Source: Candidatus Moraniibacteriota bacterium
Lineage (GTDB): Bacteria; Patescibacteriota; Minisyncoccia; Moranbacterales; UBA1568
NCBI GenBank assembly: GCA_037201605.1
Contig: JBBCGM010000002.1
Span: 16,697-80,696, forward strand
Reading direction: 5' to 3'
Length of the DNA: 64,000 nt
A program made the translations under genes and the position numbers. Positions 19,848 to 28,228 of the stretch are shown one piece after another (position 1 is the stretch's first letter; every line of letters begins with the position of its first letter). The notes below the pieces were generated by a model. It saw nothing but the letters and a program-made list of their open reading frames with translations, searched no databases and had not been told where the DNA came from.

Positions 19848-20717
19848 TTACAAAAAAAGTTCTCTTGATTTTCGACGGTAAGCGTCTAACCATTCAGCAG
19901 TACCTACCTGATCGGGATAAGCACGAGGAATAATCTTCAACTTTTTTCTGCTCAGCTATAAAAAAATCCTTCAAATTCATACTTTCTTCCCCTGTTGAAG
20001 CATATACTAAAGTATCATCTATTTTTTCTGGACCAGCTCCTATGAAAAGAAATGCGGGCGTTTCATTGGCGCCTGGATCTAAAGCATTTTCTCTTTGTAA
20101 GGTGCCAAAAAAAGTTCGGGCAGTTCTCTCTAGTTGCGGAAGACTTGAGAGAGAAATTACTCGTTTCCATGTTTTTCCTTTAGCTACTCGAACCAGATTA
20201 TCAACTTCACTATGTGTATATTCTCCAGTACCTACTGATAAATATTTTTTCAGATGGTATACCTGCTTCTATTAATCTTTTTCTCCATTCAAAATGTCCT
20301 TCCCACAATCCTCCCCCAAAACCTCGAAATACGTCTTTACCAAATTTCTTGCCTTTGATTTGCTCGCTTCTTATGAGTGTTTTTTGTGGAAATAAATCTC
20401 CGTTAAGTGCCACATAGGGGAATATCGAGCTTATCCACCAATTCCTTTGCTTTCAGGAATACCCACTCGTCTTGAATTTTTGGAAGAGCATGAACATGTA
20501 AAGCATCGATAGATTTGTGCTCTCCTTTTAAAAGAGTTTCTACATCTTGAGAGATACCCTTAGCTCTTTCTAATGCAGCGAGAAACAACCCTTCTCTTTC
20601 TTTGTCACTCAGACGCTCAGAAGGATCTTTTTCTGCAGGATAATTTTTCGGTATCTCAAAATTCATACAATTTGTTATCTGATGATTATTTTCAGTATAC
20701 CCAGGTTCAAACTCCAA
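19848..20717 (-). pseudogene. ~289-codon gene of unknown function broken by at least 4 frameshifts
   Basis: A continuous protein-like reading is possible only by hopping frames: ...KELVDKLDIP/YVALNGDLFPQKTLIRSEQIKGKKFGKDVFRGFGGGLWEGHFEW.../...SVGTGEYTHSEVDNLVRVAKGKTWKRV...ANETPAFLFIGAGPEKIDD.../KIIPRAYPDQVGTAEWLDAYRRKSRELFL*. The stop at 19848 lies just before a terminator hairpin (19779-19800). Confidence 0.4.
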
Positions 20718-20844
20718 CGGCGTGTACCAAAAACGAGGCTCTGTTAAGCCTCGTTTTGACTGCTCCGAGGACTGGATGCTATCCGGACCTGCTTGCTAAG
20801 CAGAGATGCCCGGCCGGCCCAGGTATGAAAGATCTTTAGTTATT

Positions 20845-21252
20845 TTACACCTCGGATAACGGGGACACCCCCCAGAATTCCCCATATCTTCCCATCCTCT
20901 GTACCATTCGCTCATCAGGATGACGTGGGCAACGGGGATCATTCTTGTGCACCTCTTCGTATCGGATAGCAGCTTGTTCCTCTTCTTTCTTCCTTTTACG
21001 TTCCGAAATTTTATCCATCAAACCATAAGAATAGAATGTACTGAAGACGCCAGAGGCAAAACTCGCAATACTTACAGTATTCTGGAGATCATCATCCACT
21101 CCACCGTGGTGAGAGCAAGCACCTTGCTTTCCTATAGAAGGAGAATGCCATCCATCCTCACATACCACGGGGCCGACCAAAGATTGACCCAGAGAGTTAA
21201 GTCCGAAAAATGCGACTACTCCCAGAATTAAGGCAGCAACCTCTTTGCTCAT
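20845..21252 (-). CDS. DUF3761-like membrane-anchored protein with a partial C-terminal zinc-ribbon remnant
   Basis: N-terminal TM helix, then DGWHSPSIGKQGACSHHGGV (DUF3761 signature), a second TM helix, and a tail CPRHPDERMVQRMGRYGEFWG. The tail resembles a topoisomerase-type C4 finger but lacks the second Cys pair. Confidence 0.55.
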   Translation of the reverse strand: MSKEVAALILGVVAFFGLNSLGQSLVGPVVCEDGWHSPSIGKQGACSHHGGVDDDLQNTVSIASFASGVFSTFYSYGLMDKISERKRKKEEEQAAIRYEEVHKNDPRCPRHPDERMVQRMGRYGEFWGVSPLSEV

Positions 21253-21258
21253 ACTAAT

Positions 21259-21396
21259 CTACTGAACTTCTTCAAAATACTTCTCGAGTGCTAGTTCGGC
21301 CAAACCAAAAAGATTGTCCCTCACTTCTTCAATTTGCTTATCGGCAAGAACATTACTATGTGGGATTAGCTCCCGACACTTTTCAATGGAAAGCAT
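21259..21396 (-). CDS. Possible 45-aa protein (below the ORF-track cutoff)
   Basis: ATG-initiated reading MLSIEKCRELIPHSNVLADKQIEEVRDNLFGLAELALEKYFEEVQ*, packed tightly between two minus-strand genes. Confidence 0.3.
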   Translation of the reverse strand: MLSIEKCRELIPHSNVLADKQIEEVRDNLFGLAELALEKYFEEVQ

Positions 21397-21399
21397 AGA

Positions 21400-21636
21400 T
21401 TACGGCTTCTCATTTTTTTTAGACCACTCCCCGAACCCAACAGTCTCATCAAAGCCTAATTCGAGTTTCAAACGCCTTAGATCCTCTAGCTGCTGCTCAG
21501 AATACTTTTCTGGCTTCAAAAGAGAATGAAGATACTCTAAAATAATCCAGATTTTTGCACCCTCTTTATTAAGATCCCCATCTCGAAGCCCTTTTTCTAT
21601 TTCTGCTATCTGATTTTGAATTAGAGTCTTATCCAT
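21400..21636 (-). CDS. Hypothetical 78-aa protein
   Basis: ATG ORF in an AT-rich island context. I recognise no family. Confidence 0.4.
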   Translation of the reverse strand: MDKTLIQNQIAEIEKGLRDGDLNKEGAKIWIILEYLHSLLKPEKYSEQQLEDLRRLKLELGFDETVGFGEWSKKNEKP

Positions 21637-21687
21637 AAGTTTCTCTTGAAATAACCCTCTTTTTATATTACACTGGAATCAAAGGTT

Positions 21688-21739
21688 CCACCCCGCCAAT
21701 AAGAGCCCTCGGGCTCTTCCGAAAGGATAGGCGGGGTGG
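21688..21739. other. Nested (hairpin-within-hairpin) GC-rich structure
   Basis: Outer 10-bp stem CCACCCCGCC / GGCGGGGTGG enclosing an inner stem AGAGCCC-tcg-GGGCTCT. On the plus strand it is followed by tcaTTTTTTT. Confidence 0.5.
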
Positions 21740-21833
21740 TCATTTTTTTAGGGAAATTTTCCATAATCAATAATAAATTGTATTGCCCAAGGCAAATACG
21801 GAAAAGTCACTTTTTACCATACCTCTTATTGCC

Positions 21834-22482
21834 TCATAAGGCCTTGTCTCCCCTCTTTCTTTCTTTACGAACATCGCCCCAACCACAGTAGTCTGCGATT
21901 TGGCAATTTATATCCATTTTTGTCTGATGGAAACAAACAAAAAACGGCTTATTGAATTCTTTCAAATACCTCTTAAGGCTTTTGAGAATATAATCATGTT
22001 TTTTGTTTGTAAACAGTGTACCTAAAACAACAACGATTTTTTCAATCCCATCATTGTTCTTATGTCTGCTAAAAATATATTGAAGTAAAATTTGCAGAAT
22101 CTTATCGTAAAACTTCTCCTCATTACGGATAGTTTTCAAAGAAAACTTCCCGTCTTTTCTAACAATCTCCCGTTTTATGTAAAGAGATGGATTAGCCTTG
22201 TTCTTCTCAGCAAGAATCGAATCCACTTCAAAATCATCTAGTCTTCCAAGTGCATCAAAGACCCAGTCTCTTGTCTCTTGCATATCTTCCGTAGCGTGAA
22301 GATAGTAATCTTTTTTATCGTTTTTCCAGGCATCGTATTTCAGTTCATAAGACTTTTTTAATAACTCCTCACGAGATTTCAAAGGTTCAGTAGTGCTTAT
22401 CGCAGTCAAGGAAAAATACTTCGTTCCCTTAGGAGAGAAATCAAAATTTCCTGATTCATCAATAAAAATGTAGAGTTTCCAT
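21834..22482 (-). CDS. DUF3800 family protein (frameshift right after the start codon)
   Basis: An N-terminal KLYIFIDESGNFDF (DESG motif) is readable one frame off the ATG at 22480-22482. A C-terminal NCQIADYCGW matches the conserved Q-x-AD motif of DUF3800. Confidence 0.6.
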
Positions 22483-22670
22483 GATCTTCTATCCTATATA
22501 CAATCAGGCTTCAAACTAGTTTATTTCCAGGCCCTGTTTTTCAATTTTTCTCCTACCTGAATAAAAGAGTCGGGAGGACTGAGTGCTATCCGAACCTCCT
22601 TTAAGAGTCCCGCTTCCTTCAGACTAATTTCGCGGTAAGCTTCCCCTCCTCTTCATTATTCCAATCAACT

Positions 22671-23255
22671 TCAATATAACGAGTAAATTTTTCCCCCAGA
22701 TTCCTGAAAAATAGTTATTTCTAAAGTTGTTTTCCCAGGCTTCAAAGACTGGAAATGATCGACTCCTCCCGATTTTCGAGTAATAATCTTTGCAAAGCCC
22801 TTTTCCTCTATAAGAGCATAGGCATTCCTAAAATCAATAACATCAAGATAGGCTGTTTGAGATGGTAATATGTCTCTACTTTCACAATTCAAGTGAGTCC
22901 ATCTTAACGGAACTGCTAAAAAGTTAGATCTTCTTTTTCCATTGTCAATAACTTGAGTCACCTCAACCTGGACATCCTTTGCAATCTGATTACCAACATT
23001 TTTTATCGGAAGCCTCCAGTAGAGGCTAGATTGGGAATACAATTCTAGCTTTAGAGTCTTTAAGTTAGGCTTAATCCATAAGAAAGGCTTTATATACTTT
23101 CCTATCCCTCCTGCGATCAGTAATGAAGTAAAAGAGGCTACAAGAATTGCCCAAAATGCAAGGTCAGAAAATAAAGGTCTGGGTGTAGACTTCCAACTCT
23201 CTGAATTTCTTGCAATTTGTTCTAGAAGTGGAAGAAGTTGAGGGTCCATATCCAT
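22671..23255 (-). CDS. Single-pass membrane protein with a beta-rich C-terminal domain; downstream partner of the OLD-like nuclease
   Basis: 194 aa with a TM helix AFWAILVASFTSLLIAGGIG followed by a ~130-aa beta-rich region. It starts 6 nt after the stop of 23262..25268. I recognise no family. Confidence 0.55.
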   Translation of the reverse strand: MDMDPQLLPLLEQIARNSESWKSTPRPLFSDLAFWAILVASFTSLLIAGGIGKYIKPFLWIKPNLKTLKLELYSQSSLYWRLPIKNVGNQIAKDVQVEVTQVIDNGKRRSNFLAVPLRWTHLNCESRDILPSQTAYLDVIDFRNAYALIEEKGFAKIITRKSGGVDHFQSLKPGKTTLEITIFQESGGKIYSLY

Positions 23256-23261
23256 TACATC

Positions 23262-25268
23262 TCATATCTCTCTTAAGAGTATCCTCTTGAACCAGTCTTG
23301 CAAATAATCGGGAATATCGTCTAAAGCTAGAGTTTCGATTAATTGTAGAGCATTATCAATCTTATTCTCTCTTAAGGAAGGAAATAATTTCTCTAGTGAT
23401 CCTGACCGAAGAATCATAATACTCTCTTCTTGAGCAAGCTCAGTCAAAACTGATGCTAATTCGTTGCTTAAAACAGGGTGTTCAATTTCAGTAGCCCTCT
23501 CCTCTCTTATATATTCAATGAGTCCAGAGAATCTTGAATAGAACTCTTCTTTCTCCAATTCGCCATAGTTAGCAATTAGATCAACCAGAGATTGAGCATC
23601 TTTGGATGGAGAAGTACATAGAATACGTCGTAATTTGCTAGACGAGAAAGAGATGAGACTCTCGATCTCTTCATTTAGAGCAACCAGACGTTTTTTAAGT
23701 CCAGGATTTTTTATTAAGGTGTTACTTGCTCCCTTTAATTCTTTAAGAAGATCAAAATCACCGATAATAAAATTCTCAATCTTCCAACCATTCAGAAATT
23801 CTCTAAATTTCCCTAAAGTTCCTTTTCCACCAGCCTCTAAAATCTCCACTTCTTCACATTCTCCTCCACTATCCTTAATCTTTTTAAGAATCTCGGTATA
23901 TACGATCAGATCAGAAGTACCTTCTACCAAGATGACTTTCTTAGCAAAAAATGCCTTCTCACTATTCGTTGTACTAATAAATCTAATCAAATCTTTTATT
24001 TCGCTATCTCGATTCAAGTTCGCAGGTATTACTTCACTAATACCAGTGCTGTAATTCATTGATACACGATATACATCTGCCAAACTCCTTAAACTCACCA
24101 TCTTTGGTGAATGCGTACTCAGTATAAATTGAAGCTCATATTTTTCAGCTAGATCATAGATAAGATCCAGGATTAACTGCTGCCATTGGGTGTGAAGATG
24201 AAGTTCTGGCTCATCAATAATCACAATTCCTCCTCGTATTCCTCTTAGTACTAACTTAGAAATCAAATTTAAAAATTCAATCTCTCCAGAACTCAATTTT
24301 GCATTGGTACCATTTAATCTTTTGAAGTCAATTATGTAACTTTCACAGTGTGGAATTTGATCGTCTTTTGTAATGTTAACTTCAATTTTTAAATACTCTC
24401 TTAGAAATTCTTTAAAATTATTTAAGATTTCTGTGTTATTTTCTGAGAATAAGAACGCGATTCTTACAGGTATTGATCCAATATCATTGCTTTGGAAATC
24501 TCTATTCTGGTTATGCTCATTACCTGAAGAACTATCAGTTTTAACCTCGCTTAAATTCACCAGAAATCTTTCTTGAAAACCCGTTAAGAGTCTATGCGGA
24601 GAAACGTACACTAGAAGAGGACTAGCATCTATCTCTTTAACAACTAGAGATAGTTGATAAAGGAGTCTTGTATAACGGAGTAGCCTCACCAGCTTTGCAA
24701 ATTCTATATTCTGTTGCTCCGAAAGAGTGGGTTCGGGCTGTAGTTCACATCGATCTACAGGAAAAATCTTAAATATTGCCCGCTTAGACAAATATTGAGA
24801 GAGATCTGGTATTTCTGAAGTTTCGTGAATAATTCTCCTGAGGTCATCACTCTTTTCAACTTGCTCCTCTAGCTTTCTTAGAACAACTTCTTTTTCTCCT
24901 ACTAATAATTCTGCCAACTTTATATCAGAATCATTCAAAGTAAATTCCACCTCCAGGCTCGATTCTTCAGTTTCATGTAATGAATGCTTATCTAGAATAT
25001 TCTTTAATACATTTGATTGCTCTGTACTAATAGTTTCCAGCACGTAAGCAGCTAAAGACATATTGTCTGGCGTATTTCGCTGTCTGTTATACTCTATTCT
25101 CCCTTGATGAAATATAAATAAATTTAAAGCACCTTGAAGAGCTTCAAAGAGGTTGGTTTTACCTCCGCCATTGTGACCAATGAAGATATGGACGCCCTCT
25201 CTAAAATCAATCTTCTGAGAAGGATAGTAACTCTTAACGTTATTTAAAGTTATCGAATTTAACCTCAT
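23262..25268 (-). CDS. OLD-family nuclease: ABC-type ATPase fused to a Toprim domain
   Basis: Walker A GHNGGGKTN, ABC signature LSSGE, Walker B IVIIDEPELHLH and H-loop STHSP. The Toprim domain shows VILVEGTSD (Glu), EAGGKG and IIGDFD (DxD). 668 aa and very AT-rich (12/60 GC at 24361-24420). Confidence 0.8.
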   Translation of the reverse strand: MRLNSITLNNVKSYYPSQKIDFREGVHIFIGHNGGGKTNLFEALQGALNLFIFHQGRIEYNRQRNTPDNMSLAAYVLETISTEQSNVLKNILDKHSLHETEESSLEVEFTLNDSDIKLAELLVGEKEVVLRKLEEQVEKSDDLRRIIHETSEIPDLSQYLSKRAIFKIFPVDRCELQPEPTLSEQQNIEFAKLVRLLRYTRLLYQLSLVVKEIDASPLLVYVSPHRLLTGFQERFLVNLSEVKTDSSSGNEHNQNRDFQSNDIGSIPVRIAFLFSENNTEILNNFKEFLREYLKIEVNITKDDQIPHCESYIIDFKRLNGTNAKLSSGEIEFLNLISKLVLRGIRGGIVIIDEPELHLHTQWQQLILDLIYDLAEKYELQFILSTHSPKMVSLRSLADVYRVSMNYSTGISEVIPANLNRDSEIKDLIRFISTTNSEKAFFAKKVILVEGTSDLIVYTEILKKIKDSGGECEEVEILEAGGKGTLGKFREFLNGWKIENFIIGDFDLLKELKGASNTLIKNPGLKKRLVALNEEIESLISFSSSKLRRILCTSPSKDAQSLVDLIANYGELEKEEFYSRFSGLIEYIREERATEIEHPVLSNELASVLTELAQEESIMILRSGSLEKLFPSLRENKIDNALQLIETLALDDIPDYLQDWFKRILLREI

Positions 25269-25313
25269 AAGTTAGCTCACACTTTTTCAGATATTCTTAA
25301 TCTAATTCTACTC

Positions 25314-25853
25314 CTAAATCACCGACCTATCTATTAGGGGATAGTTGATGACAAGGAGCATCTTTTCGCACTCAGGGCAGGAGACGTCCATGAGATCATG
25401 ATAGTGGTCTATATCGCCATCCCCTGCTTTTCCCTTCCAACCACATATCGGGCATTCCAAGAGCATATCCCTACTGAAATCGGCATATTCAATGATGGGG
25501 GCAGGATGGTGCATGGCATCTTCCAGGGTGGCCCGGGTAACGTGTTGCTGCCGGCCCTTACGTTCCTCCGACAAGACTTGAGCAGCCTGGTCCGCTTCCT
25601 TATCCCATGTTTTGCGTTCCAGGGCCGCCAATTTGAGGCCCAAGACCATTGCCTGTGTCATTGAGGGGGCTGATTTGAGCTCCACTTTGAGAGTTTTGCG
25701 TTCCAAGGCCGCCAATTTCAGGCCCACCAAGAGGGCTGCTCCCGCCGATTCCGCTGCCTGGCCCTCCTTCTGGAGCTCCTGATACGCCGCGAAATCCTCG
25801 GGCGACAGCTTCTGAGACCAGTCCTTGTCTTTGTTGATTTGAGAGTTCTTCAT
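25314..25853 (-). CDS. Coiled-coil repeat protein with a C-terminal CxxC...CxxC zinc ribbon
   Basis: Two 28-aa repeats (GLKLAALERKT...), then CPICGWKGKAGDGDIDHYHDLMDVSCPEC. It lies 45 nt upstream of the OLD-like gene. The N-terminus may extend to 25971 in another frame. Confidence 0.5.
   Translation of the reverse strand: MKNSQINKDKDWSQKLSPEDFAAYQELQKEGQAAESAGAALLVGLKLAALERKTLKVELKSAPSMTQAMVLGLKLAALERKTWDKEADQAAQVLSEERKGRQQHVTRATLEDAMHHPAPIIEYADFSRDMLLECPICGWKGKAGDGDIDHYHDLMDVSCPECEKMLLVINYPLIDRSVI
25609..25736 (-). repeat. 84-bp-period tandem duplication inside the zinc-ribbon gene
   Basis: GTTTTGCGTTCCAgGGCCGCCAATTTgAGGCCCA at 25609 is repeated as GTTTTGCGTTCCAaGGCCGCCAATTTcAGGCCCA at 25693. 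Confidence 0.7.
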
Positions 25854-26175
25854 ATATTTCTTTGTTACTGATTAAGGCTGCCTTTTGCTTATCGACCCAA
25901 AACAAAAAACGGCTGAGAGATTTGATCCAGAACTTCTGAATGAAATCTCCCAACCGCTTGAGGTTAGTCATCTATCGCATCCGGTGCCCAGCAGATTTCC
26001 CTGGTTACCTTCTCAATGAAGAGAGCTGACAGATGTTCTGCGATTCGCTCCGCAGAAAAGCTTTTTATTCAAACAACTACACTAGTATAATAGCATAAAT
26101 TTCTTTACCTGTCTAGTAGGAGTAAGGGGAGGATTCTGGTGGATTCCTATGGATATCGTCTAGTGCTTTGAATGA

Positions 26176-26424
26176 TCAGCCTTTCCGTAAAAATGTGAGG
26201 GTGTTTTCAATATTGGCTTTGGCTGCTTCAGCATACATCTCCCCCCTATTTTTGAGGTAGTAATCGTAAATATCCTTATAGCCAGCCTCTTTGGCTATTC
26301 GATTCAAATCATTATTCAGTGCCTCGAAAGCCACGTACACGTTCTTATTCCCTTTTGTATACGCATATTTACTCCAAAGAGAGACTACTATAAATGTGAC
26401 TACAATGGCTCCTATAGTGCTCAT
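26176..26424 (-). CDS. Small membrane-anchored protein, unknown function
   Basis: 82 aa with an N-terminal TM helix IGAIVVTFIVVSLW. Confidence 0.4.
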   Translation of the reverse strand: MSTIGAIVVTFIVVSLWSKYAYTKGNKNVYVAFEALNNDLNRIAKEAGYKDIYDYYLKNRGEMYAEAAKANIENTLTFLRKG

Positions 26425-26458
26425 AGAAAAAGTTTAAAGATTTAAACGAATCTTTTAA

Positions 26459-26797
26459 TCAAGATTTTTTTCTGAAACCTATCTCCAGAAAAGCTTCTTG
26501 ACTGGCCAATTTCAAGTTCTCTTTCATAGCTTCGTCATCAGCAATAAAGCTGTCGAGATGAGCCTCAACGAACTTAAGCATATCTAACTGTTCCCTGTTT
26601 CCCTTTTCTTCTGCATACTTTTTCCATAAATCAAAAGCATACCTTATGACTGGTTTCGGATAGGGCAATAAGGACTCGGGGTAAAGCAGCATAGGATACT
26701 TTAAAACTCCATCCGTGCCTACTTCCTCGATAGTTTTTCCAAAGGCATGACAAACCTTTTCGACCAACACGTAATTAATTTCCTCATTTTTTTCCAT
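26459..26797 (-). CDS. Hypothetical protein (likely start MEKNEEINY at 26797)
   Basis: The ORF 26459..26884 has a GC-rich, structured upstream extension that is probably non-coding. I recognise no family. Confidence 0.4.
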   Translation of the reverse strand: MEKNEEINYVLVEKVCHAFGKTIEEVGTDGVLKYPMLLYPESLLPYPKPVIRYAFDLWKKYAEEKGNREQLDMLKFVEAHLDSFIADDEAMKENLKLASQEAFLEIGFRKKS

Positions 26798-27014
26798 AAT
26801 CCATAATTTTACGAATACAAAAAGCCCACCGCCAGGCGACGCCCTTTCGGGCATCCGCACCCCTTTCGAGATGCGACCGATCAAGGTGAACCTAGACGAT
26901 GGGTTCGCTATCCTTGATCGGCTTTCCGAGCCATGCCTCCGGATTCCTCCGAGGGTTTAGGCCCCTAAATTGTGCCGTCATTATTGCGCACTTTTCCGAG
27001 GGAGGCAAACACTC

Positions 27015-27042
27015 TTGACACCACTGGCGGGAGGAGTAAAAT
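27015..27042 (+). promoter_or_regulatory. Strong sigma70-type promoter
   Basis: TTGACA (27015-27020), a 16-nt spacer, then TAAAAT (27037-27042). Confidence 0.5.
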
Positions 27043-27079
27043 AGAAGCAAATATCGTTCCCACGGGAGATCCCCGGAGA

Positions 27080-27116
27080 CCGTCTACAAACTCTTGTTTT
27101 GTGGGCGGTTTTTTTA
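27080..27116 (+). terminator. Intrinsic terminator about 35 nt downstream of the predicted start; defines a candidate ~65-nt sRNA or leader
   Basis: An 11-bp stem CCGUCUACAAA / UUUGUGGGCGG (two G-U pairs) followed by T7. Confidence 0.5.
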
Positions 27117-27134
27117 TTTCCAAAAAGTCAGGTC

Positions 27135-27323
27135 ATGCTCTCCGAGGATGCCGTCGCCAAATTCCAGAAGCTCTACCGGAAACATTTCGGCCGAGAGATA
27201 AGCCCGGAAGAGGCCCGCGAGAAGGGAGCACAGCTTCTCAGATTCATGGAGCTGATGCGGGCTCCCTTGAAAGAAGAAGAATTCCAGGAACTCCAAGAAC
27301 GCGTTGCCCGGAATATTCAGTAA
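27135..27323 (+). CDS. Small hypothetical protein (62 aa) of the island's integration/replication module
   Basis: MLSEDAVAKFQKLYRKHFGREISPEEAREKGAQLLRFMELM... The upstream part of ORF 27099..27323 overlaps the terminator, so the ATG at 27135 is preferred. Confidence 0.45.
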   Translation: MLSEDAVAKFQKLYRKHFGREISPEEAREKGAQLLRFMELMRAPLKEEEFQELQERVARNIQ

Positions 27324-27334
27324 GAATCAAACAT

Positions 27335-27619
27335 ATGAAATCCGTCGAGAGAAGATTCCGCGAGGTCAAGGAAAAGCAACCCCTTTGGAGCTCCTATCTC
27401 TGCTTCTGCGAGGCCGTTCGGGACGCCGGATTTGAGAAGCAGCCAATAAGCCGTTGGCTCAATAAGCTGGTGGAGAAGGATGACTATGCGGGATCAAAGA
27501 GGGCTGTTCTGGCATTCCTGGCCGCACTTTCAAAACCGCTGAGGGCGACCGAAATGAGCCTTTTCCGGCCCCAGGAGGCGCGGAAATATCCAAGCGGACT
27601 CCTCCCTCCGAAATCTTAA
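27335..27619 (+). CDS. Hypothetical protein (94 aa)
   Basis: ATG at 27335, in frame with ORF 26972..27619 and 11 nt after the previous stop. I recognise no family. Confidence 0.4.
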   Translation: MKSVERRFREVKEKQPLWSSYLCFCEAVRDAGFEKQPISRWLNKLVEKDDYAGSKRAVLAFLAALSKPLRATEMSLFRPQEARKYPSGLLPPKS

Positions 27620-27633
27620 CTACTTCCCCCTGA

Positions 27634-28086
27634 ATGCCTATGAGTATGCGAAGCTTATCCCAAGTTTCCCAAGGCCGTCTGTCCCAATTGAAGGCAGCCA
27701 CGGAACGAGTAAACGCCAACACTCAGCTAATGGAAAATCTCGGCGTTAGGCCTGTTGGCTACAATGTTGTCCTGGCACGCCTGTCGGGAAAGGCCACTCA
27801 TGCCCTTTTCATGAGCCAGCTCCTCTATTGGCACGGAAAGGGCCGGGACAAGGAATGGTTCTACAAGACACAAAAAGACTTCGAGGAGGAAACCGGGCTA
27901 AATCGATCCGAACAGGATAGAGCCATCGAGTTTTGGAAGGGACTCGGGGTTCTAAAAGTAAAAAGAAAGGGGATTCCCCAGAAACGCCATTTCCAGGTAG
28001 ACGTCCGGAAATTGACTGCGTTAGCTTTGAAGGTAAATGCGAAATGGAGCACCGAAAATGCAGATTCAACCGTCCCAAACTGCTAG
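27634..28086 (+). CDS. Hypothetical DNA-binding (winged-helix-like) protein, possible replication/initiator function
   Basis: 150 aa. The region ALFMSQLLYWHGKGRDKEWFYKTQKDFEEETGLNRSEQDRAIEFWKGLGVLKVKRKG resembles DnaD/replisome-organiser-type wHTH proteins. It is followed immediately by iteron-like repeats. The functional call is inference. Confidence 0.35.
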   Translation: MPMSMRSLSQVSQGRLSQLKAATERVNANTQLMENLGVRPVGYNVVLARLSGKATHALFMSQLLYWHGKGRDKEWFYKTQKDFEEETGLNRSEQDRAIEFWKGLGVLKVKRKGIPQKRHFQVDVRKLTALALKVNAKWSTENADSTVPNC

Positions 28087-28087
28087 A

Positions 28088-28129
28088 TCCAGCAAACTAT
28101 TACAGAAACTACTAAACAGAGACTACTCC
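28088..28129 (+). repeat. Three iteron-like direct repeats
   Basis: cagcAAACTATTACAG / AAACTACTAAACAG / AGACTACTCCAG in tandem. Confidence 0.45.
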
Positions 28130-28228
28130 AGAAATTTTCTCTTTCAGAGAAGAGGGAAAATAAAAAAATTGATCTCTGGAGCTCTCACTTTCACTGTCAT
28201 TCAAAGAAAAATGTTGTATAATACCAGT

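Noticed and set aside
25609-25736. Possible CRISPR-like or other non-coding repeat array
   Set aside because: There are only two copies, with an 84-bp period (a multiple of 3), lying in frame within a coding sequence that translates to a 28-aa protein repeat. There are no spacer-like unique units or cas genes.
26925-26960. Possible duplicated 3' fragment of tRNA-Asn (att repeat) marking an inner island boundary (CATGCCTCCGGATTCC against AATGCTCCGGCGGTAGGATTC)
   Set aside because: The similarity is short, gapped and within chance expectation. Serine integrases also do not generate long direct repeats. I kept it only as a weak hint of a composite island.
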